A stretch of DNA of 64,000 nt, taken from Eledone cirrhosa (Eukaryota). The position numbers were made by a program, and so were the translations under genes. The notes beneath the pieces were generated by a model. The model saw only the letters and a list, made by a program, of their open reading frames with translations, was not told the DNA's origin and ran no database searches. Shown here piece after piece: positions 26,058 through 40,240 of the stretch (its first letter is position 1; every line of letters begins with the position of its first letter). The DNA lies in contig OZ024740.1 of NCBI GenBank assembly GCA_964016885.1, forward strand, positions 180,110,001 to 180,174,000. The letters are read 5' to 3'.

Positions 26058-28907
26058 ATTATATATATATATATGCGTCTGTGTATAGATTTCCGAATGT
26101 TCGTAGAAGAGTTAACGGAAAAGAATGATCTATATGAAATGCAGAGTACAAATATATATTTATACATAATTTCTCAACACAATTTCATGCTTATTACGGT
26201 TTTTGATGCGGTATATCTGGTAGTCTTTCGTATCTTTCTGGCAATACCAATATACCAGAGCCATACGGAACACTGAAAAATATGAATTAGTAAGGAAAAT
26301 GACCTTTAACAGGCTGGGGTTCAGTACAAGATAGTTGTTAGTTCTAGGCACGTAACACCTAAGGAATTTGTATTGAGACAGTTGTGAAATACAGTGTCTC
26401 TTCACCATCTTCTAACCCTGGTGGAGCACCCTGGTGGAGCACTCTGAAAGCCGATTTCACCCAGAGAAGGTTAGCGAAAGGAAGTTTAATAGTGGTACTG
26501 AGGAGGAATTGATTCCATTACTAGAATATTACTTTTTATTTGGCGTAAGAAGTATGAATGGTTAAGCTAAACTCGGCAGAATCTTAGCTCGGAGCATCTG
26601 AGTTGCAACGAATATACTGAATGTTTTTACAGATGTTATATTGACTCTGCCAATTAACCGTTTTTATACATACATATTCAAACATTTATACACACAACCA
26701 CAACATCCAAGCACACACACACGCACACACATACACACAAAACACACGCGCGCACAAACATGCACACACGTACACTCACATACATACATACAATATATAT
26801 ATATTCAGAAAATGGTCTCTAAAAGTGGTTAATTCATAACTCATAATTAGGTGTATTTTTGTCGATCTGTTTATATAATACCTTGACAGCTTCACTTAAC
26901 TTGTGACTTTTATATGACATCCAATACCTTCTAGAGAATAATTATCAGTTTATATTTTTTTTTATTATTATACGAGGAAGTGTCTTTAAAATGTTGATTA
27001 ACAGACGAAAAACTGAATAATTACCTGTTATTCAAACTTAGGCAGACGGCTTAATTGCCCGTGATAGCATTTATATCTTCAGCCTTTTTATGGATTTTAG
27101 TCTTTTTTTTTATTTCTCTTTGTTTTATTCGAAATTGCCTTTCTCTGTTTATCTTTTGAATTAGTGTGAATGAATTATTGTATTCTAATATATCAATATT
27201 TCTAATGCAAAATTGCTTAGATAAGAGTTGTCGAAAAATATTGAAACAAAAATAAAGAATGGTTTGAAATTATAAATAAAATGTAAGGCACCAGCAAACG
27301 TAAGAAATGATTTGTCACGGAATTTAAAGTATACTAACCCGTCAAATTAATAAACAGGCTTTTAAATGTTTTGAATGTGAAGATAGTTTCAAACAACCAT
27401 TCAAATAGCCATTTTTAGTTTGAGACATAAATATTACAATTTGGTCCTGAATATTATTTTATTTTATTGTGTATACAACTAGCTAACATCAACAAATTTT
27501 CTGCAACGTTTGATTAATAAAGCCACTATATTGTTTATTAACTCTGACAAAACCAGTTCGAGTCTTAATTAAGGGATCGATTTCTTTTCTTTAAGATTTG
27601 GCCTAAGTTATAAGCATTTCCGGTTTGATTTTTGCGAGGTTTTTTCGATAGCTTCCATTGCATTTTAGTCATATTGATATATTTTTTGTATAAATTATAT
27701 ACCACTGTAATTTTTTTACGAATGGAAGGAAAGATATCATAATAAAACATATATACACAATTCATAAACATAGTGAGATTTTAACCCCTGAAAATTGATT
27801 ATAACATAGGCTCGAAATAGTATCCTCAATTTTTTTTTCTTTTTGGTTGTTGTTTTTATTATAGTATTGTAATAGGAAATATAATATCATATCACAAAAA
27901 TGAATGGTATTTACACCAAAAATATTTCATCTAAATGTGGAATGCAAATTTTTTGGAAAGGATTGTGTATTAAAACAACAAAGTAATCAATACATATTAT
28001 ACATGATTAAAATCAATATATCCTGTATTTTTCTTGCGTCAATGAATTTATCATAATATAACAAATAGAATATATATATATATAAGTAAAAAACTAAAAC
28101 ACAAAAACAATAACAAAGTGTGCATACGAACAGTCTTGGTATTAGGTTCACGCTTGAGAGTGCGGTGTGGTGGACGACATTTCTAGCATAAGCCCTTCAT
28201 CAGAAGAAAGGTGGGAAGGAAAAGACTTCCAAGGCTGTGACTGGGAGTGGTGGAAAGACATTAAAAATGGGGAAAAAATTAAAAGGAAGGAAACAAAAAT
28301 TAAAATGAGGCAAAAAAATTAAAATAAAAACAAGTGGTAAAATGGTATGAGGTGTGTAGAGGTGGTGGTGGGTGGATGGAGGGGGAGAGGGGAGGTGGAA
28401 ACAAGGGTTCCGAGCTTACATGTGTGTAGATGTACGTGTGTGTGTGTATGTGTGCATATGAGTGTGAGTGTTTGGGGAAGAACGAGGTTCCATTCTCGGG
28501 TAATAGGAAAACAAGTGTGTAAATGGGTTGGGGTGTAAGTCACTGTGTGTGTACGTGCGGATGGAGAGGGGTCAGAGAGGGTGATGGGGAGGGGGCATGC
28601 GGTATCTGGAGGGAGAGGGGACATGCGATATCTGGAGGGAGAGGGGGCATGCGGTGTCCGGAGGCAGAGTAGGTGTATATGAGGATACGCACGTATGTGT
28701 GTTTTTGTGTGGTGTGGATACGTGGCAATGTATTTTTGCGTGTGTGCGAAAATGGTGTAAGTGAGTGGGTGTTTGTGTGCATGTGTTCCTGAATGTTTTC
28801 ACAGTGAGTGTGTGGTCGAATGGTGAAAGAACCGGATGTTATCGGATAGAGTCCAGAGAGAGTGACCAGCGGTGTAGGATCCGTGGAATTGGTGAGGAGG
28901 AAGTAGA

Positions 28908-28966
<59 letters not shown>

Positions 28967-29182
28967 TATATATAGACAGAGAGAGCAGAGCGCGCCCACT
29001 TTGGTTATTGTTGGTACAACGAAAATACATCTTATGTTAAGAGGGAGATGGAGAGGAAATAGGAATATCATATAATATTACAAAAATAATATCACTTAAT
29101 AGTAGTTATTTCATTGTTCAGCGGTATGTAACAAGATGGCTGTCGTTTCTGGTTTTGGGTAAAACACGTTAATCGTAGTTAA

Positions 29183-29831
29183 TCTATATATATAAAACTG
29201 AGGATGTTTGTCTGTGTGTCTGTGTCTGTCTGTGAGTTTGAATCCTTAAAACTCGAGAAGTACCCACCGATTTTTTTCAAACTTTACATGTTTATTACTT
29301 ATGTTTCAGGGAGTGGTATGCACATACACATTCAACTTTTTGATCTCCTAGGTGAAAAACTGCTTTTGATCCCAATAGGTGAAAAACTGCTTTTTTCCAG
29401 TTTTTTACGGTTTTTTTGAGGCGTTACGTCAGACCGATTTACTTGAAATTGTAACTATGCATTAGTCAGTCTCTTCTTCATACCGTGAGCAAAGAAAATC
29501 CAACTTTTTTATGGCCTAGGGCCCGCATTAGGTGAACAATTTCATCTTTTCAGCTTTTTAGGGCTTTATGAGGCGTTACGTCTAGCCTTTTTTCCCGAAA
29601 TTTCAAGGCTTATTATGTACATTAAAAAAATTCATTTCCCTGATGCAATAGGTGAAAACCTGCATTTTTCCTGCTTCATCGAGGAAAATCTGAAAGATTA
29701 TCCAGCCATCAGAGAATTCGGTTTATTTTCTTTACATATTGTCCAGGTATGCAGTTTTTCCACTATTAGATCTGGTGGCGGCCCGCATTTCAAAATAGCT
29801 TATCCCGTGCAACGCCGGGTGCCACTGCTAG
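29183..29831 (+). mobile_element. Non-autonomous Helitron
   Basis: A|TCTATATATATAAAA at 29183; hairpin CCCGTGCAACGCCGGG at 29804-29819; CTAG|T at 29828-29832. Confidence 0.85.
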
Positions 29832-29994
29832 TATTAAATAAATTGATTAAAGTGTGCCAGTAATCAAGCCTTCGCCGGTGGGTCAATCCTTGTTAACTAA
29901 TTTAAATATCAGTTAATGAACAGTCAGTAATTAATCTACCCAATTACCTGTTCGGTGGGTTAATTTTAGTTAATTTATGAACATATCAGCTAAT

Positions 29995-30210
29995 CAATCG
30001 TCAGTCGATCGACTTTCGTCAAATCGGACCGTGGAAACAATGTTTCTATGGGCATTTCCAATTGCTAATGATATCTATGGTCACAACTCCAGGTAGATGG
30101 AGCAACGTGAAATTAAGTGGCTTGCTCAAGGACATAACGCATCACCCGGTCCGAGAATCCAAATCACAACCTCACGATTGCGAATCCAATTCTCTTAGCA
30201 CTCAGCCATT
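29995..30210 (-). mobile_element. tRNA-derived SINE with CORE-like domain
   Basis: Reverse complement matches 61277-61470; contains gcgttatgtccttgagcaagccacttaatttcacgttgctcc. Confidence 0.65.
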
Positions 30211-30434
30211 ATACAAGATATCTATTTTGTCACTTAATACGTGTTGGACACGACCTTAACACGTGGAAAATTGGAGCATGGTTACTAGCATGAGGGTGTT
30301 TTATGAATAGAATATCGCTTTACGCAAGCACACACACGCACACATACAGACACGCACACACACGCACACACACATACACACACACACACATACACATAAC
30401 GCACACATATATATCTATTTATATATCTATCTAT

Positions 30435-31142
<708 letters not shown>

Positions 31143-31266
31143 TAGGGAGAGAGAGAGAGAGAAATAAATATATATATGAATAAATAAATATATTTCGTTT
31201 CTGAATTTGTTTAGCATTTTCACCCTCCCAAAGCATAACAATAAATATATATACATATATCTATAT

Positions 31267-31328
<62 letters not shown>

Positions 31329-31329
<1 letters not shown>

Positions 31330-31530
31330 ACGAAGGAAATGTGGTAAGGAACCAGATAGACCATAACGCACCAAAGTACTCAATACTTAGGGTAGTAGAG
31401 CGGGTAATAGGAACGAGTAGGACCCTGACAGCTGGGCTCAAGCCGTTTCGACGGCTAATTCTGGACTCAGTCCAGAATTATCCGTCGAAACAGCTTGAGC
31501 TCAGCCGTCGGCGCCCTACTCGTTCCTATA
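31329..31530 (-). mobile_element. Short PLE 3' end with 5' inversion (family of 46082-49986)
   Basis: 31329-31468 matches 46085-46223, followed by an inverted copy 31469-31529; (TA)n on both sides. Confidence 0.85.
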
Positions 31531-32879
31531 TATGTATAGATATATCTATTTATATATATGTGTATACATGTAAGTGTGTACATTTATATACATGATGTGA
31601 TTTGCCATCATTGTTGTTACATGCGGTCTTTGGCAGTGACATGTAAACAGCGAGCAGAGATGGAGAACAGATGGGGTGAGAGGGATAGACGCGAGATACG
31701 GGACTTTACTAAAGGGTGCTGAATTTAATTAGCAGAAAATAAACGTGATATCTTTCTGTTTTTAAACGGTAATTGTTTTGAGTATAACTTTTCATTTAAG
31801 GGAATATTTATTTGTGTGTAGTTTGAGTGGTAGTTGAAAATAAATTTATATGAGAATTAAAGCCCAATTTATTATTTGAATTAGGAGAATTATAATGCAA
31901 TTGCTCGTAGGTGCAGACTAGGGATGTTGTTAATCTGTTAGTCTGGTTTAGTTGAAAGTTAGTGCGTGCTTTCGGATCTAGATTCTTTCTTCAGACTTGA
32001 TCCGCAATAGCTTGCCAAATCCATTAGGGTTATATGATGTCTACAGTTGTTTACATGAATCCAAGCCACTCTGACGGCTTAGGATATGCGTCCTCTTCCT
32101 CATAAATCCGAGTATACTATTCAGAGATTTACCTGATTCTTCTCAGAGGTGTCTATTTGGAGAAGTTTTCTTGTGCACTGTGAAATAGTTGAGGCTGCCT
32201 AGTACCGATATAGTTGGCTCTTCATGCGCGATTCATTCCATATATAACAAAGTTCTTTTCACATATCAGGTTCGTTGTCGTTGTCTACTACTCTTGTAAT
32301 GTTATCTCTGAGAGGGCGTCGCTGTAGCCGTATTTCAAGCGGATCCCAGCATTATTGTTTGTCAAAATACATTTCTAATAAGTGCAGTGCTTTCTGGCTT
32401 GTTTAATAAAGTTCGGTTCAACATGTTTATAAACTTCCAACAACAATCGATGAGCTCGGCTCGATTTTTTGCAATTAATTTAACTTGTCTATCTTTGTTT
32501 CCGCTCCTGCTGATATGAATACACATTAGCCACAGGGGACAAACCAGTGTTGATGTGAAAGACAATGTTCAATGCACCTTTTCATCATTGGATTATAGAG
32601 GTACAACACGAGTACCACTCACTATGTCTGAATAATTACTATCTGGTAACAGGCCTAATCCAGATGACCTATATTGTTCACTCTATGGATACATACCGTA
32701 ATAACATTAAAGCTTTTTTTCTTTTTCCCATCTGCGGACGCCACTCCTGTAGATGATCTAATGTAATTCAATGATGAAATATTGTGATTGTGAACGCTGA
32801 CTAAAGGATTTCATCTGCTCCCATTCAGATGACAGTTAAAGGTTAATTGTTAAAAGTTACTATATTTTCAATTTCTTTT

Positions 32880-33122
32880 CTGTTTTGTTTCGCCGCATAC
32901 TGGAAGAAATGAAAAAAAATCTCAACAGGGAGTTCGCGTTCTGTTTTGGCGACTTTCGCAAGGCGGTTGATTCTATCAGGAGAACTCTTATGCTTAAAAT
33001 ACTTAAACTCTACGGAATAACTTCTGGAATTGTTGAGGCAATTGAAGCTCTGTACCGAATCACCACTGCCACCGTTGTATCAGCTGATGGCGAGACGTAA
33101 TCCTTTGAAGTAAAAGCAGTAT
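32880..33122 (+). pseudogene. RTE RT core fragment
   Basis: RRILEEMKK...FGDFRKAVDSIRRTLMLKILKLYGI...TATVVSADGET (RT motif A region). Confidence 0.7.
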
Positions 33123-33170
33123 ATTATATATATATATATATAAATATATATATTATATATATATATATAT

Positions 33171-33202
<32 letters not shown>

Positions 33203-33336
33203 ATATATATTATATATATATATATATATTATATATATATATATATTATATATATTATATATATATATATATTATATATATATATATATATTATATATAT
33301 ATATATATTATATATATAAGTATATATTATATATAT

Positions 33337-33457
<121 letters not shown>

Positions 33458-33483
33458 GACTAAAACTGTTTAATTCGGGAGAA

Positions 33484-33805
33484 AACATGATGATCTCTTC
33501 CGAATGAATCAGTTCTAGTCATGTAGAAGCCAGTTCTATATTAAATATCTATACTCTGCTATCTATCTTACTTCCTGTGGTTTCCGGCGATTGTATACAT
33601 TATTGTGTATATATCTTTATTAATGGTTTGTTATATATTGTCCTGCTAAATTGCGTGCTATAAATGTAGCACCAATGCCTTCGTAGGATTAATATAGACG
33701 AAAAAAACAAACAACCATACAAACCCTAAGATAAATAAATGGTTATATTTTCATTCTTATTACCCCCAAATCATTGAAGAATATTTTTATATATGTATAT
33801 ATATA

Positions 33806-33899
<94 letters not shown>

Positions 33900-33913
33900 A
33901 GTATGTACGCACG

Positions 33914-33957
<44 letters not shown>

Positions 33958-34255
33958 TTCTTCAATGATTTGGGGGTAATAAGAATGGAAATATAACCAT
34001 TTATTAATGTTAGGGTTTGTTTGCCTGTTTGTTTTTTTCGTCTATATTAATCCTACGAAGGCATTGGAGCTACATTTATGGCACGCAATTTAGCGGGACA
34101 ATATATAGCAAACCATTAATAAAGATATATACACAATAATGTATACAATCGGCGGAAACCACAGGAAGTAAGATAGATAGCAGAGTATAGATGTTTAATA
34201 TAGAACTGGCTTCTACATGTCTAGAACTGATTCATTCTGAATAGATCATCATGTT
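33484..34255. repeat. ~300 bp inverted repeat around a (TA)n core; arms are tail-to-tail HHR-bearing PLE-like tails
   Basis: Arms 33484-33790 and 33953-34255. The outer ends resemble the HHR at 44317-44365 with a decayed core (CATGATGA...GAAT). Confidence 0.8.
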
Positions 34256-34261
34256 GCCGGG

Positions 34262-34810
34262 ACGTTGGCGACTAAACTGACAACCCCACCAAGGTTTCTT
34301 GGTGAGGAGGGTGACTTTGGATATCCTGCAGGACTAAAACCAAAACTTTTCAAAGGGCAAAGGACCTCTTAAGAGTCAATGGCCATCCAAAATCACCGAG
34401 AGAGATGACCCCATTAGCCTTTGTCAAGGCAGAATTCTAGGAGAAGCAAAACTCTGATATAAAACCTGCAACCCTGATGGTATCCAATGATGTTGACTTG
34501 TTCTTCTTTTTAGTAAATATCATATTGGTTAAGATAGTGGGACTGGCTTTGTGCAATGCCTTTGCTCACTATAAAAGCTTCACGGCACAGGCATTGCTTT
34601 ATATCTTGATATCTCCCTGCACTTGTCGTCACATGATACATAGCCCGAGGATAATGAGTCAATAATTGTCACAAGTGTAGTGTTTGTACCAGAGCTTTCA
34701 AGTCGCTGGCTGGACTAAAAAGTCACACTCGTTCAGCCCATCGGTAGGGGTTCTCCTGCATGTACATAAAGTAGTGGCCGTACTCGAAAACGAGTTGGCA
34801 GCCACCATAT
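34262..34810 (+). mobile_element. Internally deleted RTE derivative (5'UTR-like segment joined to 3' C2H2 end)
   Basis: ctaggagaagcaaaactctga 5'UTR-like motif; C-terminal HKCSVCTRAFKSLAGLKSHTRSAHR*; terminal hairpin ctcgaaaacgag, then (TA)n. Confidence 0.45.
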
Positions 34811-34863
34811 ATATATATATATATTTATTTATTTATATATAGACACACAGACACAGATCAGAT

Positions 34864-34894
<31 letters not shown>

Positions 34895-35779
34895 AAGTGG
34901 ATAAAAGAAGCGAATGTATAAAACTCGCCTTCATACCTTTAGTGAAACTATTGTGTATTATACAACTTTAAAACCAAATTGTTTGTTACATTATAACTAA
35001 GTGTAGTAGAAACGTAATTGTTTCCCACGCAATGATACAGCTCAATAACTGATTCACACTCACGCGGGTGAAAACTCCTATGTTTATCCATTTATTTTAA
35101 TTTCGTGAACTTTTCAATATCTGTTTTATATGTGCGAACCCATTTCGCTTTTAACATTTTCATCTTCCAATTAATTGAAAATTGTTATTTTTAGTTTAAC
35201 CCTATGAAAATAGCATATATATTTTCAAATGTGTAATTGATTATTTTGTTATTTGACCTTCTATTTAGATTAAGTCAACATCCGCAGCATTGAAATATTA
35301 ACTTGTATTCATATTATCACAAAATGGAAATTTATATCGATTTGACATTAATCTCTTGAGAAATAAAAGAAGAATGTGAGCTTACGTTGAACGTTAGAAG
35401 TGAGAAAACATATATGAACATATTAAAAACTACATGAAATTTTTGAGCATTCATTTATTTTAATCCTTATGCAATAATTTATATAGTCTGACCTAAACAA
35501 AATGCTAGTAAATATGATTTATTGCGTCTTGACATTTTGTTTTTTGTAATTGTTTTCTGTCACGAATAGGGATGTTAGTGCCAAAGGTTTCATGTAGTAT
35601 GTGTGTCAATTAATTATACATATTTGAATCTAAATATCAGTTTGGTTTCCTGGACAGGCCGCCCTGAATGAGACAGTCAGAAACAGCCTTTAAGTGGCTG
35701 GCTTCCCATCGTATATTGTTCTAGCCGGCCTCGATTGTGGTATAATTGTCAGAAGAATTAATATGACACTGTTTATCAC

Positions 35780-36265
35780 ATGGGGCGTATTAAATATTCT
35801 TACAATGATTTTGACACAAGCGACAAATATGGATTATTAACTCGAAATATTATGAGTTATTTTTGCCCATTAAGTAAAAACGGTCTCGATCGGAATTTAG
35901 TTTATGAATGCATAGTTAAAAAAAAAAAAAAGTCTTATAGTTATATTGGTGCAACTTCTGAATTTAAAGAAAGGTGGTATAACCATCGCCACTCGTTTAA
36001 AGGTAAAGATAAAAGATTTAGCACGGCACTCCAAGAATTGATTTGGTCGCTTAAAAATAAAAATATTGAATATTCCCTTTCTTGGCAGAAACTTTCTCAT
36101 GCTTTTCCAAATGAAACTGCATCTATATACATGGGGTGTGATCTCTGTACCCCAGAGATTCTTCACCTCGTTCAAAATAGACAATTAGCTATAAATAAAT
36201 GCTCTGAAATATTTAGCTCCTGTCTTCACAAATTCAGCAAAACGTCTCATAAGGCATTTAGTTAA
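35780..36265 (+). pseudogene. PLE GIY-YIG endonuclease fragment
   Basis: CPL..LVYECIV...SYIGATSEFKERWYNHRHSF...IWSLK...CDLC...SSCLHK, homologous to the C-terminus of 47138-48886. Confidence 0.8.
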
Positions 36266-37089
36266 AACTTTAAAAAAGTTAAATATACTATGAAAAAAGC
36301 AATACAAAATGTTCTATATATGGTTTTAAGCTAAATTCTTGTTAAATTGTAAATAATGCTAAATAGACTATGAAATAAGTCATATAGTTTTTCTTCATTA
36401 TAACTTTAACATCTATCTTTTAAATAGTATCTAAGTCAATTAATTCTAACATAACATGATAAATTAGGCTATAATGCATACATCTTTTTTTTTAACTAAT
36501 TGTTTGATACGGTAACATAATACCCTAACCAGTTCTTAAAAATAGCAACGACAACTGTTCAATATTTTTCCACTTATCTACTGAAATAAAATTGTAAAAA
36601 CAAATAATTATGAATTGACTACGAAATTCGTAATTTAACATTTTTCGTTACTATAGAGTTACATTGTAACTTTGGCATCTTTGAATTAATTTTTAAATTC
36701 CTATAATTTTTATTTAGTATCTAATTTTATCTATCATAAGGGATAAATTAAATAGACTAACGATCCCTATTTGTTTTCCTTTGATTTCTTTCATCACTCT
36801 GGTAACCTCATACTTTAGCTAGTTCAAAAAACGCCAACACCAACTGTAATGTTTTTTCTACACTCATATATTTTGGGTCGAGGTTTATTCCACGCATATG
36901 TTTGTCGGCCACCGAACTGAATAGCTCTTCTGAACGCCTGCATATCAAATGATATCTACATCTCCTGTGGATTTTATCTGAAGAGAACATGTTTTGACAT
37001 ATGTTATACATAAGCGTTACGTCTTCGTAATACGAATAATAAATAGGGATGAACTAAAGTAACTGTCTTTTGTTTATTACTATTATAAC

Positions 37090-37765
37090 AAAACTCCGGA
37101 TAAACATATACCGTTGAGTAGATTTAACACTCTGTGATTACACGCTAAAAGCAAATCTGGGAATGACGAGAAGCATGTGTGGTTTATTTTTTTTAAATAC
37201 ACATCACTCCACCGGCAACCCAGTGACGAGAATAGGTCTATCGACAGCTATAAACAGCAGCTGCGTCCTTTCAACAGAAAAAAAGCTCTACTATTTAGGA
37301 GCAGTATATATAACCAAAGTTAAATTAAGGATTTCATGTCTGAGAAACATGCGCCATACCACCTGCCATGTGTATTTTAAAAAAAAGTTTGAATTTAGTG
37401 TGTAATCACAGATAGCTAAATATCCTCCTGTATCCGTTATCCGGGATTTGACATCTGATTTTCCGATTAATGTGAAATATATGATTTTAATGAAATATAT
37501 ACAAAGGAGATTAGTCCTTTTTATATCTATATATGAGGTTTTCGTTAAATGTTAATGTTACCTACGTATCTATGTGTTTACACTCTTTACAAATTATCCT
37601 CTGTAATTGTTTGATGATTTTATTTTATATATGTCAATAGATTGTTATGTTAATGCTACAAAATACTCGGATTTATCCCTTAAAATCGTTGAGCTTATTC
37701 TACAGTTGGTATGGCGTATGTTTCTCAAACATGACATCCTGAATTTAATTTTGGTTATATATATA
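37090..37765. mobile_element. Family Z diverged copy (minus 37090-37370, plus 37385-37765)
   Basis: Homologous to the 38850-39558 unit; the plus segment reads through the unit junction. Confidence 0.55.
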
Positions 37766-37854
37766 TGTGTAGTTTAAAGATTCCATACACTGACGGTTTC
37801 CCTATTTATTGATCGCACACACTCTCTCCCTCAAGTGTGTTATTCTTTCTACAT

Positions 37855-37923
<69 letters not shown>

Positions 37924-38724
37924 CTACATTAATTTTGGTTATGTATATATATATATAGCTATATTATAGAGTGTTATCCTTTTGCAACAATATATTATAA
38001 TTAGCGAAGTATCTATAGTTACTTATATAATAATTCAACATCTATATATTTTAGTTACTATTCTAACGTGTCGCGAATTGAACGTTTTCCAAACAATATT
38101 TAAACTTTATTTACATTTGATTTACAATATGTAAAGTATATTGTTTGTATTTGATTGATACTGATGAGCTATTCTTGCAGCAATTGACTATACCTTTCTA
38201 TTTATTTAGTGAAAGATTCGTAAATCTATTAGATGCTTTAGAATTGCCTTTGTATGATATACTGTTCGCGCGCAACATGTATAAAATTCTTGTCTCACAC
38301 AAATTCGTAGACTATTAGATGTCTTGTATATTTGGTTGATTAATTTATTGATTATTCATTAAATGATCGGTAGATTAATTGTTGACGACTGCTTCAATAT
38401 TTCAATGCTAATTATCCATTTAATTATTATGACTGCCGTGTGTACTTCCAAACCAGAAACAGCTGTCTGAGTATACTGATAGACAATGTATTGCTAATGT
38501 GAAGTAAGTGATATTTCGTTGTTCAAACTGATACTATTTACTATATCGTTTCTTATATAAGATGTCCACCTTGTTACACCAATAAATATTTATTGTATGT
38601 TCTCTCTGCTTCGGAAATGTTGGCGTCTTTGTATTGAATAGATTTTCGGTCGGCAAATATGTGCTAAGATAAAGGAATTGTACACCGACATCATATATAT
38701 GAATATATATATATAAATATATAT

Positions 38725-39558
38725 ATATATCCGAAATTTAAATTAATTTAAGGGTGTCATGTCAAAGAGACATGCGCCATATTCACTTTAAAATATGCTC
38801 CAATTTTTCCAATGAATAGATCCGAGCATTTCATATCAACTAGAAATTGAAGGAAAATTAATCAATTTATAAGGTATCTATTTTTGAAGTTCTAGTTAAA
38901 CTTTAATTAGTTACCCACATCGCTGTGTGTGCTTACACACTTTTTCACATTATGCCCTGTGATTGTTTCATTAGATATATATGTCAATCAATTTCTAGTT
39001 GATATAAAATGCTCGGATCTATTCATCGGAATCTTGGAGTATATTTTACAGTGGATATGGTGCATGTCTCTCTGACATGACACACTCAATTTAATTTAAA
39101 TGTTGGATATATATAAATACGGCCCCTTACTTGTAGAGCTAACTCAGTTGAAAGGACTTGACTGCTATTTCTCGTTGTCGATAACCCTATTCACGCCACT
39201 GGGACGAAGCTGGCGCGATGTGTGTATTTATATTAAATGCAACACGTGCTAATAGTTAGTCACAGATTTGAATTTGATGTGAAAACACAGGTAGTTAAGT
39301 CTTCTTCCTTGTTGAAAATCCAGGATTTGACTACTGTCGTTTACCAATCGATTAATAGGTGAAATATATTTCTTTAATGAAATATATACAAGGAAATTTA
39401 ATCAATTCGGAAGGTATCTATTTTGGAAGTTCAATTTAAACTTTAATTAATTACCCACATAGCTGTGTGTGCTTTCACACTTTTACAGATTATCCCTGTG
39501 ATTGTTTCATATGTTTATTTTAGATATATATATATATGTAAATCAATTTCTAGTGGAT
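38725..39558 (+). mobile_element. Family Z: ~540 bp tandem unit (1.3 copies) with 5' inverted segment
   Basis: aaggaaaattaatcaatt at 38850 recurs at 39390. 38725-38850 is the reverse complement of 38988-39113. Confidence 0.7.
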
Positions 39559-39698
39559 CTGTATATAAGCAAAAAGATATTTAATGTGTTGGTTATTCAA
39601 CAAATTTATTTATAACAGATTCGAAGCACTCTACAAGTTTTCTGGAGAATAATATCAATGATATTAATAAACGGAAACTATATTTAGACAACCATATT

Positions 39699-39759
39699 TA
39701 TTGTATTATATATATTTCAAGGGTACCAACATTTTGGTACGCCCTCATCAGATAAAATG
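39699..39759 (-). ncRNA. Type I hammerhead in a PLE tail with 5' inversion (39560-39925)
   Basis: cattttat-CTGATGA-gggcgtacc...ggtaccctt-GAAA-tatata-TA-atacaata; same family as 45858-45923. Confidence 0.65.
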
Positions 39760-40240
39760 CAAAATTTGTTTTATAAATGGGAACATACCCAAGAAACCAG
39801 ACCTTATCCAAACTGAACCTTAACCGATAATTTTATTGGGTATGTCACCATTTATAAAACAATTTTGTATTTTATCTGATGAGTACGTACCAACATTTTG
39901 GTACGTACTCATCAGATAAAGTATTAAAAATGTGGCCGAACACAGGAAAATAAACACCACTAGATTATTGTTTAATTAGTGTATGTGTGATCTAACTATC
40001 TATCTATCTATCTATCTATTTTTCTATCTTTCTGGGATGGACACACGCGTGAAACTTGCTGGATAAGTTCTGCCTAAATTTCTATAGAAATTCTTAACTG
40101 TAAACCTTAATTTTTATATCAATTTGTAGAGGGACTGCCAGGTCAAATTATGATCTGGTCTGTCTCTCAAAATATTCTACGCCTTTAGGCGAAATAGTTC
40201 ACAAAATGCTTTTTGGGGGAAAAGCTAACATTTAAAAAAA

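Noticed and set aside
28175-28206. Minus-strand hammerhead CTGATGAAGGGCTTATGCTAGAAA
   Set aside because: Stem I does not pair and stem II is damaged; at best a relic.
28570-28665. ~29 bp G-rich triple repeat
   Set aside because: Ordinary short minisatellite within low-complexity sequence.
35660-35702. HHR-like CTGAATGA...GAAACAGCC/GGCTG
   Set aside because: Core insertion, impossible stem II loop and no NUH site.
38157-38195. CTGATGAGCT...AGC hammerhead start
   Set aside because: No GAAA or stem III follows.
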